In this document: piece by piece, positions 42,031 through 48,650 of the stretch
How the letters are laid out: the number at the start of each line of letters is the position of its first letter
How positions within the stretch are numbered: position 1 is the first letter of the stretch
Assembly: GCA_964642305.1 (NCBI GenBank)
Contig: CAZXOE010000001.1
Location: forward strand, 1-50,930
Source of the DNA: an uncultured Candidatus Saccharibacteria bacterium
GTDB taxonomy: Bacteria; Patescibacteriota; Minisyncoccia; Phycocordibacterales; UBA1550
Reading direction: 5' to 3'
Length of the DNA: 50,930 nt
Notes under the pieces: generated by a model
Databases searched by the model: none
The model's input: the letters and a program-made list of their open reading frames with translations, nothing else
Told to the model about the DNA's origin: nothing
Translations under genes and position numbers: made by a program

Positions 42031-42577
42031 TGTCTTGGACATACATTTTTAAGCGTAAAAACATGTCTGGATCAGCAGAGCCACGTCTTGGACGCTGATT
42101 AGCAAATTTCGACCAAAACCCGCGGAGCAAAAATTGACAAATACAGTATATATGATATACTGTCTTTGTTCCTTTCAGGCCTACTTTTGTAGGTTCAAAC
42201 AATTGTTCAAGGAGAAAATGTAATGCCTAGAAGCCCTAGTATTAAATCTGCTCTGATGCCAGAAATCGACAAACTGCTTTCTGATATAGGAAACAAGTTT
42301 GTAGCGATTCCAGCGACGTCCTGCGAATGCGGAAAGCCAGTTGTTTTCACAGGCAAATCAAAAAAAATTACTTGTTCAAGGTGTCAAAACAAATGGGCAC
42401 TCACCGTTCAAGTGTCCCGCGTTGAATAAATCAGGGTTACACCGCCGAAGCAAAAACTGCTTCGGCGGTTTTTGTTTTCAAATAAATTCAAATATCCTCA
42501 TCTCCCTCTCAATCCCATTCCAATTCAAAGTTCCAAATCAGCAGATTTGTGTCTTGGACATAAACATTAGCAAATTC
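42031..42577 (+). repeat. 547-bp direct repeat, copy 1
   Basis: Base-for-base identical by eye to 43894-44440 (offset 1,863 bp). Contains a tRNA 3'-end-like 23-mer (42108-42130), promoter TTGACA(42134)-N16-TATACT(42156), the 68-aa ORF and its terminator (42441-42476). Confidence 0.85.
42223..42429 (+). CDS. 68-aa zinc-ribbon protein (CxC...CxxC), copy 1
   Basis: AAGGAGA SD lies 7 nt upstream. MPRSPSIKSALMPEIDKLLSDIGNKFVAIPATSCECGKPVVFTGKSKKITCSRCQNKWALTVQVSRVE. Has a strong promoter and its own terminator. Confidence 0.65.
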   Translation: MPRSPSIKSALMPEIDKLLSDIGNKFVAIPATSCECGKPVVFTGKSKKITCSRCQNKWALTVQVSRVE

Positions 42578-42931
42578 ACTTCTTTGACGCGAACTTGTGT
42601 ACCAGAGGAAGCCAGAGCGGTGCTTGCAATTTGTATGCGATATTATATAGTATACGTATCACCATGAAAGAGACCCTTATGCAGATATGTCTGCATCGGG
42701 GGCTTTTTTATTTACATAAAAAACGTAAATGTATCGTAAAAAGAGGGTATATTTACGTTTTCCTGCTTCCGGACCTCTAGAGAACGAGGAAACCAGGAAG
42801 GTTGTCGTTATTCTTGCATAAAATACCGCATTTCTATTACGATACTGACGATGTTTTCTACTTATCCTGGGTTGTGGATAACTTTTTACCCTTGCTTTCA
42901 ATAGTATATCGTATAATGGTATACTCTCAGC

Positions 42932-43062
42932 AGGAGTATGCAATAATAACTTACGTGGTGCTCTAGTGTTCCCACAGAGGATCTGTGACTTAAGCTAGAG
43001 ACTGACACTGCGTGAGACCGCTACTTCTAACAAAAGCCCGCATTCTAGGATGCGGTTTTTTG
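42932..43062 (+). ncRNA. Candidate ~130-nt small RNA
   Basis: Extended -10 TGgTATACT (42918-42925; TATAAT also at 42912-42917). Internal stems ctctag/ctagag and cacag/ctgtg. Terminator ccgcat-tctagg-atgcgg plus T7. No plausible ORF. Confidence 0.35.
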
Positions 43063-43105
43063 TTGCCTATTTGTTGAAGAATTCTGGACAACTTCTGACA
43101 CGTGC

Positions 43106-43195
43106 TTGACATCCTACCTTCGTTTGTTAATATGTAGATATCACGACGAAAAGGGGCCCGAACGGTTAATTACCTAAGGCCCCCTTTTCTTTTGC
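43106..43195 (+). ncRNA. Candidate short antisense RNA over the NYN gene 3' end (promoter included in span)
   Basis: TTGACA(43106)-N16-TAATAT(43128), then a hairpin aaaaggggcc...ggcccccttt plus a T-run. The hairpin contains the last NYN codons on the other strand. Confidence 0.3.
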
Positions 43196-43715
43196 CTATT
43201 TTTACCCGAACCTCTTCCTTGTCTAGGTTGTCGAAATACTTTCTAGTTATCTTTTTATACAAAGATGATGCACGTGATCCGTCAGGAAATAGTATTTTCT
43301 CAAACCTTCCCTCTTCAATCAAAAAATCAACAACGAGATTATAATCCCCGTCTCCTGACACAAGAATAATTTTCTCAAAGTCTTCCTTCTTATAAGTCTT
43401 CTTCATAATGTGAAAAACAATGTCAGTATCTACATTCCCTTTTTTTGTTCCAAGCATTGCAGGATTATGTTTTTTAAACATAAGCACAAAACCAGCATTT
43501 TGTATTTCCTCATATAAGTCCTGGTTCTCGTCTTGAACGAAACCGAGAAAATAGTATGCCTTACCGACATTATATTTTTGTTCCAGATACACACGAAAAC
43601 GAGCGAGGTCAATTTTCCATGGATCAACTTCTCGTTTAGCTGTGCCCATGTGTAGGTTCTGACCATCTATGAACGCATAATTTTTGCTTTCTTTATTCAT
43701 TGCCATTGTCTGCAT
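43170..43715 (-). CDS. NYN/LabA-like (PIN-like) ribonuclease domain protein
   Basis: YAFIDGQNL, KKGNVDTDI and ILVSGDGDY are the NYN acidic motifs. 181 aa with no other domain. The start is uncertain (43715, 43706 or 43700) and no clear SD is present. Confidence 0.75.
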   Translation of the reverse strand: MQTMAMNKESKNYAFIDGQNLHMGTAKREVDPWKIDLARFRVYLEQKYNVGKAYYFLGFVQDENQDLYEEIQNAGFVLMFKKHNPAMLGTKKGNVDTDIVFHIMKKTYKKEDFEKIILVSGDGDYNLVVDFLIEEGRFEKILFPDGSRASSLYKKITRKYFDNLDKEEVRVKIGKRKGGLR

Positions 43716-43893
43716 TCTAACATAACTACATCACTAATTTCTAATGATTCCCCTCAATAATCGCCAGTCGAACCTCGTCCCACATTCGGAGCATCAAAAC
43801 AAAAGATACACCCTCGGTGGTGTGTCTTTTGTTTTGACTCGATCCCGCGCGGTATGGTCGACCCAACCGAGCGATCCTGATTTAGCAAAATCA

Positions 43894-44440
43894 TGTCTTG
43901 GACATACATTTTTAAGCGTAAAAACATGTCTGGATCAGCAGAGCCACGTCTTGGACGCTGATTAGCAAATTTCGACCAAAACCCGCGGAGCAAAAATTGA
44001 CAAATACAGTATATATGATATACTGTCTTTGTTCCTTTCAGGCCTACTTTTGTAGGTTCAAACAATTGTTCAAGGAGAAAATGTAATGCCTAGAAGCCCT
44101 AGTATTAAATCTGCTCTGATGCCAGAAATCGACAAACTGCTTTCTGATATAGGAAACAAGTTTGTAGCGATTCCAGCGACGTCCTGCGAATGCGGAAAGC
44201 CAGTTGTTTTCACAGGCAAATCAAAAAAAATTACTTGTTCAAGGTGTCAAAACAAATGGGCACTCACCGTTCAAGTGTCCCGCGTTGAATAAATCAGGGT
44301 TACACCGCCGAAGCAAAAACTGCTTCGGCGGTTTTTGTTTTCAAATAAATTCAAATATCCTCATCTCCCTCTCAATCCCATTCCAATTCAAAGTTCCAAA
44401 TCAGCAGATTTGTGTCTTGGACATAAACATTAGCAAATTC
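43894..44440 (+). repeat. 547-bp direct repeat, copy 2
   Basis: Identical to 42031-42577. Homology resumes after a ~32-nt indel (gacgcgaacttgtgtac in both copies). Confidence 0.85.
44086..44292 (+). CDS. 68-aa zinc-ribbon protein, copy 2 (identical)
   Basis: Same sequence, SD, promoter and terminator as 42223-42429. Confidence 0.65.
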   Translation: MPRSPSIKSALMPEIDKLLSDIGNKFVAIPATSCECGKPVVFTGKSKKITCSRCQNKWALTVQVSRVE

Positions 44441-44554
44441 TGAAATAGTAATTTCACGGCCTGGCCGCAGAATCTTGGACGCGAACTTGTGTACTAGTGG
44501 GAGCCATTAAAAAGAGCTGTTGAATTTTCTGAATAAAATTAGTAACATTTAGTT

Positions 44555-44923
44555 ATGGAACTAACGCTGTTTTTTGCAAAATTTTGGGGTAGTCTCTTTA
44601 TGCTTCTTGGAGTGTTGTCTATTAGCGCAGGATTATTAAAAAGAGTGATTGGTTATACAGAAGACAAGACTATCACTATTTCCACCGGCTACATTACCAT
44701 GCTCTTGGGACTTGCAACGGTTGTAGCTCACAATGTCTGGGTGTGGGATTGGTCACTTGTCATTACCATTCTGGGCTGGTCTACGCTCATCAAAGGTGTT
44801 ATGAAAGTCGGCTTTCCTGATCAAATCAACAAAGGAGCACAAATGTTTAAGAGTCGGGCAAGGCTGTGGGGTGTTGCAATATTTTTAATCGGAGCATTTA
44901 TTTTCTGGATTGGAATTAAATAA
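44555..44923 (+). CDS. Hypothetical polytopic membrane protein (122 aa)
   Basis: Four hydrophobic segments. No family recognised. Confidence 0.55.
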   Translation: MELTLFFAKFWGSLFMLLGVLSISAGLLKRVIGYTEDKTITISTGYITMLLGLATVVAHNVWVWDWSLVITILGWSTLIKGVMKVGFPDQINKGAQMFKSRARLWGVAIFLIGAFIFWIGIK

Positions 44924-44935
44924 TTTAAACAAAAT

Positions 44936-45208
44936 ATGGAAAAAACATACAAATTTTGTCAAAGCTGTGGGTACCCTATGAACAAAGATAAAAAAGGTGG
45001 TGGCACAGAAAAAGACGGTTCAATAAACAAGAAGTATTGTTCAATGTGTTATGCAGGTGGAGAATTCTTGTCTCCACCAGAAATTGATAATGCTGAGAAA
45101 ATGCAAAAATTTTGTATTCAAGAAATGAAAAAAGGTGGAATGAACGGCATCCTCGCCTGGATACTTACACGTGGAATTCCAAAATTAGAGAGATGGCAAA
45201 AAGATTAA
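44936..45208 (+). CDS. Zinc-ribbon domain protein (90 aa)
   Basis: CQSCGYPM...YCSMCYAGGEF pattern, common in small zinc-ribbon proteins. Confidence 0.6.
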   Translation: MEKTYKFCQSCGYPMNKDKKGGGTEKDGSINKKYCSMCYAGGEFLSPPEIDNAEKMQKFCIQEMKKGGMNGILAWILTRGIPKLERWQKD

Positions 45209-45268
45209 ATTGAGACGGTGCGACAGCATCGCTTGATGTGGTACACTTAATCCTAAGTCAGCATCATT

Positions 45269-45745
45269 ATGAAAATGAGTAACACATTCAAACTTATCAT
45301 CGCCATCGTAGTCTCCGAGCTTGCCGGTATCATCGGTGCAGTGTTCACCACGCCGTCCATTGACGGATGGTACGCAGAGATAGTCAGGCCGGCTCTCAAT
45401 CCTCCGGCATGGGTGTTTGGTCCGGTCTGGACGACACTCTTTGTGCTTATGGGCATCGCGGCTTTCCTCGTTTGGAAAAAAGGGTTGGAACGCAGAGATG
45501 TAAAAATCGCTCTCGGCATATTTATTGGCCAGCTGGTCTTGAACACGCTTTGGTCAATTATTTTTTTCGGTCTGCATTCTCCCGGTGGCGCTCTTGTTGA
45601 GATCGTATTCCTCTGGTTCGCCATCCTCGCAACAATCATCGCGTTTTATAAAATCTCCCGTCCGGCCGGATGGCTCTTGGTACCATACATCGCATGGGTC
45701 AGCTTTGCCATGTATCTAAACTACGCGATCTGGTCGCTGAATTAA
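45269..45745 (+). CDS. tspO: TspO/MBR tryptophan-rich sensory protein
   Basis: Five TM segments. WYAEIVRPALNPPAWVFGPVWTTLFVLMGIA and the Trp-rich signature. Confidence 0.88.
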   Translation: MKMSNTFKLIIAIVVSELAGIIGAVFTTPSIDGWYAEIVRPALNPPAWVFGPVWTTLFVLMGIAAFLVWKKGLERRDVKIALGIFIGQLVLNTLWSIIFFGLHSPGGALVEIVFLWFAILATIIAFYKISRPAGWLLVPYIAWVSFAMYLNYAIWSLN

Positions 45746-45774
45746 GCAAATCTCACTAGATTTGTCGGGATTGA

Positions 45775-46043
45775 CCCCTACACCAATGTTGGCATCACTG
45801 CAAGATGTTTTTTAGATAATTTGTTTTGTACCAGATTGTAGTTTGATAAATATAGTTTTTTCAAAAGAAAAGATGAGCAGTAAAAAAACGATGCCAACAT
45901 TGGTGTGGGGGTATAGTTGCATTAATTTATTTGTGGCAAACCCCCGCACCTACTTTTACATTATTATATTTATTTCAGAATGAGCCAGATTTTCCTGTAA
46001 TTTGATATGCTGGAAAAGTCACTAGGCAAAAAGTAGGTGCGGG
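45775..46043. repeat. Two adjacent structured repeat elements of the CCsCACC... family
   Basis: Element 1: cccctacaccaatgttggcatc (45775-45796) pairs with gatgccaacattggtgtggggg (45890-45911), with inner stem actgc/gcagt and an A7C bulge. Element 2: cccgcacctactttt (45943-45957) pairs with aaaagtaggtgcggg (46029-46043). Confidence 0.65.
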
Positions 46044-46058
46044 TGTATAATAAACATT

Positions 46059-46958
46059 ATGAAAAAAACAATAATCCTAATAATCGGTGCTCTTATTATT
46101 GGCGTAGGAGTGTACTTTTATATTACAACCAAACCGGCAACTATTGCTCCTGTAACAGAGGCACCAGTTACGACAGCAACCACTACAAAAACAGAAACTA
46201 AAAAACCAGTAGACACAACAAAAACTGTTATTGGAACTTCGGTGCAAAAGCGCGACATCACCGCGTACCACTTTGGCGCAGGCGCAAAGGAAATTTTGTT
46301 TGTTGGTGGCATTCATGGAGGATACTCGTGGAACACTCCTCTCGTCGCATTTGAGCTTATGGACTACCTAACAGCGAATCCTAATGTGATTCCATCAAAT
46401 GTAAAAGTAACCGTAATCCCTGTTCTAAACCCAGACGGCTTGAAGAAAGTTACCGGCAAGGATGGACGATTCACAAAGGCAGATGTGTCACTATCGGACA
46501 CGGTCGTGATTTCAGGTCGCTTTAACGCAAACAATGTTGACCTCAACCGCAACTTTGATTGCGACTGGCAACCTAAAGGCGTATGGATGACAGAAACTGT
46601 GAGCGGCGGTAGCAAAGCTTTCTCAGAACCAGAGAGCTTAGCGTTCAAAAATTATATTGAAGCAAAAAATCCTTCTGCTGTTATCACATGGTACAGTTCT
46701 GCTGGAGGAGTATTTTCATCAAACTGTAAGAACGGCGTATCTAATGAAACAAAAGCTCTCACAAACGCATTCGCAGGAGCGTCCAAGTACCCCGCATACG
46801 AGAGCTATGATTTCTACAAATTAACAGGCGATATGCCAAATTGGCTAGCAAAGAAAAATATTCCTGCCATTAGCGTGCTCCTCACGACACACCAGGATAC
46901 TGAGTGGACAAAAAATCTCGCAGGGGTCAAAGCCGTTCTAAACTACTACGCTAAATAA
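46059..46958 (+). CDS. M14-type zinc carboxypeptidase homologue, apparently catalytically dead paralogue
   Basis: N-terminal TM and NVDLNRNFD. The three active-site positions read S (HGGYS), Y (TWYSS) and L (ISVLL), where the next paralogue has E, H and E. Confidence 0.7.
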   Translation: MKKTIILIIGALIIGVGVYFYITTKPATIAPVTEAPVTTATTTKTETKKPVDTTKTVIGTSVQKRDITAYHFGAGAKEILFVGGIHGGYSWNTPLVAFELMDYLTANPNVIPSNVKVTVIPVLNPDGLKKVTGKDGRFTKADVSLSDTVVISGRFNANNVDLNRNFDCDWQPKGVWMTETVSGGSKAFSEPESLAFKNYIEAKNPSAVITWYSSAGGVFSSNCKNGVSNETKALTNAFAGASKYPAYESYDFYKLTGDMPNWLAKKNIPAISVLLTTHQDTEWTKNLAGVKAVLNYYAK

Positions 46959-46960
46959 TA

Positions 46961-47839
46961 ATGAACTCACGAACGAGCAAGCAAATTCTCATAGCAGTTT
47001 TTGCTCTTGCAGTAATAAATATTGCTGTTCTTGTTGTAACTAAAAAAAGCAACGAAGCGCCAGTTGCTGAAGCTCCGCAAAAGGCGATTGAAACTGTATC
47101 GCACAAAGTCATTGGTAAATCTGTTGAAGGGCGAAATATTGACGCGTATGTGTATGGAAGCGGGCAAACTCATCTAATGTTTGTTGGCGGTATTCATGGC
47201 GGGTACGAATGGAACAGTGTTCTATTGGCGTATCAGTTTATGGACTATCTAAAGGCAGACCCAAGTTTTATTCCCAAAAACCTAACAGTTGCAATAATCC
47301 CCTCTGCAAATCCAGATGGTGTATTTGATGTCATTGGGAAAGATGGGCGGTTTACCCTTGCAGATGTTCCAACAAAAGAACTTCCAAATGGCACAGGGCG
47401 TTTCAACGCGCATAATGTAGATTTAAACAGAAACTTTGATTGTAAGTGGAGACCAAAAGGTGTTTGGAAAAATAAAATTGTGAGCGCCGGCACGAGCGCG
47501 TTCTCAGAACCGGAAGCGGCGGCTATCCGCGATTTTGTAGAGGAGTTCTCCCCCGCTGGCGCCATCTTTTGGCACAGCAAAGCAAACGCAGTGTACGCGT
47601 CAGAATGCGAGGACGGCATTCTCACAATGACACTAGACATTATGAATGTATACGCTCGCGCAGGAGGATACACACCGATCAAATCTTTTGATTCATACGA
47701 AGTAAACGGTGATGTGGAAGGTTGGCTCGCTTCAATAAATATCCCAGCTATCACAGTGGAGCTTCAAACACACGAGACTGTGGAGTGGGAAAGAAACCTC
47801 GCAGGGATTAAGGCGCTTTTTGGGTATTATAGCTTTTGA
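46961..47839 (+). CDS. M14-type zinc carboxypeptidase (peptidoglycan peptidase-like), active-site residues present
   Basis: IHGGYEWN, NVDLNRNFD, FWHSKAN, ITVELQTH. Confidence 0.75.
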   Translation: MNSRTSKQILIAVFALAVINIAVLVVTKKSNEAPVAEAPQKAIETVSHKVIGKSVEGRNIDAYVYGSGQTHLMFVGGIHGGYEWNSVLLAYQFMDYLKADPSFIPKNLTVAIIPSANPDGVFDVIGKDGRFTLADVPTKELPNGTGRFNAHNVDLNRNFDCKWRPKGVWKNKIVSAGTSAFSEPEAAAIRDFVEEFSPAGAIFWHSKANAVYASECEDGILTMTLDIMNVYARAGGYTPIKSFDSYEVNGDVEGWLASINIPAITVELQTHETVEWERNLAGIKALFGYYSF

Positions 47840-47894
47840 CGAAATACCATTTTTTTGCGATACTCTACGGCAGACAATTACAAAGGAGAATATC

Positions 47895-48200
47895 GTGGGA
47901 AATGGGAAACGAAGCAATTGTATACACGGGACAAAGTTTTGCAAGCACACAACAGTAACGCCAGTAGCGCGGAAAGTTGCGGAATTTCTTAACAATCTTC
48001 CCGATGTCACAAAGATCTCAAATGGGATAATCTGCGGAAAAGGTCCCTCTCAATTCGGGATAAAATTTAACCAAATTCACGGAGGATGGATGATAAAAGT
48101 ATTTGGCGCGCATGCAGTTCAAAAACTTCATGTTTACTCAAATAACCCTGAGGGTACTAAGCAAAAACTTATAGAAAAGTTCCCAAATAGTATCCTTTAA
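47895..48200 (+). CDS. Hypothetical protein (101 aa)
   Basis: AGGAG (47884-47888) lies 6 nt upstream of in-frame GTG 47895. Terminator accgcc-cacaa-ggcggt plus T-run follows the stop. Confidence 0.5.
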   Translation: MGNGKRSNCIHGTKFCKHTTVTPVARKVAEFLNNLPDVTKISNGIICGKGPSQFGIKFNQIHGGWMIKVFGAHAVQKLHVYSNNPEGTKQKLIEKFPNSIL

Positions 48201-48239
48201 ACCGCCCACAAGGCGGTTTTTCTATATATTTTAAATACC

Positions 48240-48268
48240 TTGACTTTTTTATGTGGATATGCTACACT
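48240..48268 (+). promoter_or_regulatory. csp promoter TTGACT-N17-TACACT (TGc extended -10)
   Basis: TTGACT at 48240-48245 and TACACT at 48263-48268. Followed by a ~100-nt AT-rich 5' UTR, typical of cold-shock genes. Confidence 0.6.
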
Positions 48269-48373
48269 TGTATTACAAAAGTAGGAAGGGTTGGAGGAAG
48301 AGGGTTACACCATTTCGAATATCTGTATCTATATTTTTGTATATTAGTAGGATTAAATAAATAATTTAGAATT

Positions 48374-48571
48374 ATGAAAGGAACAATCAAGAAGGTTACT
48401 GACAAAGGTTTTGGTTTTATCACAGCAGAAGGTATGGAGAAGGATCTCTTCTTCCACGCTAACTCGCTCGTAGGCGCAACATTTGATGATATCCGCGAGG
48501 GTGACGAAGTAACATTCGAAACTGAGGATTCTCCAAAGGGAATGTCAGCAGTAAACGTAGAGCGCGTATAG
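48374..48571 (+). CDS. cspA: Cold-shock protein (CspA family)
   Basis: KGFGFI (RNP1) and LFFHAN (RNP2). 65 aa. Confidence 0.95.
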   Translation: MKGTIKKVTDKGFGFITAEGMEKDLFFHANSLVGATFDDIREGDEVTFETEDSPKGMSAVNVERV

Positions 48572-48593
48572 TCCTTTAAAAAAGGAAGAAATA

Positions 48594-48628
48594 AGGCCGT
48601 CTCATTATTGAGACGGCTTTATTTTTTA
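48594..48628. terminator. Bidirectional terminator between csp and the cohesin-like gene
   Basis: aggccgtctc-attatt-gagacggcttt followed by attttttat. Confidence 0.7.
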
Positions 48629-48650
48629 TATTCGTCTTTTTATACCATCA

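Noticed and set aside
41867-42130. Minus-strand reading looks tmRNA-like: a 5' UCCGCGG-GUUUUGGUCGAAAU, an internal ORF ending ...FYA-UAA at a hairpin loop, and a 3' GGUUCGAUCCCUAC...CGCGGAAG.
   Set aside because: The tRNA-like ends are explained as relics of tRNA-Asn, because the acceptor core TCCGCGGA is its own reverse complement. There is no G3:U70 alanine identity pair. The T stem is not complementary (CUACG versus CCUAC). The second copy at 43993-43744 lacks the 3' tRNA-like end. At ~260 nt, with no pseudoknots that I can draw, it is not a convincing ssrA.
41864-42202. 112-aa minus-strand track ORF and its partner at 43754-44065 (103 aa), which share 57 N-terminal residues.
   Set aside because: The shared part is only the 547-bp repeat read on the wrong strand. 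They run through the zinc-ribbon gene promoter and the tRNA relics, have no SD, and diverge completely outside the repeat. They are treated as non-coding.
41503-44500. Looked for an integrase, transposase, Rep or reverse transcriptase to explain the island (prophage, ICE, IS, retron).
   Set aside because: No ORF of suitable size or motif exists in any frame between pyk and the 122-aa membrane protein. The mobility mechanism therefore remains inferential (homologous recombination, or a trans-acting enzyme encoded elsewhere).
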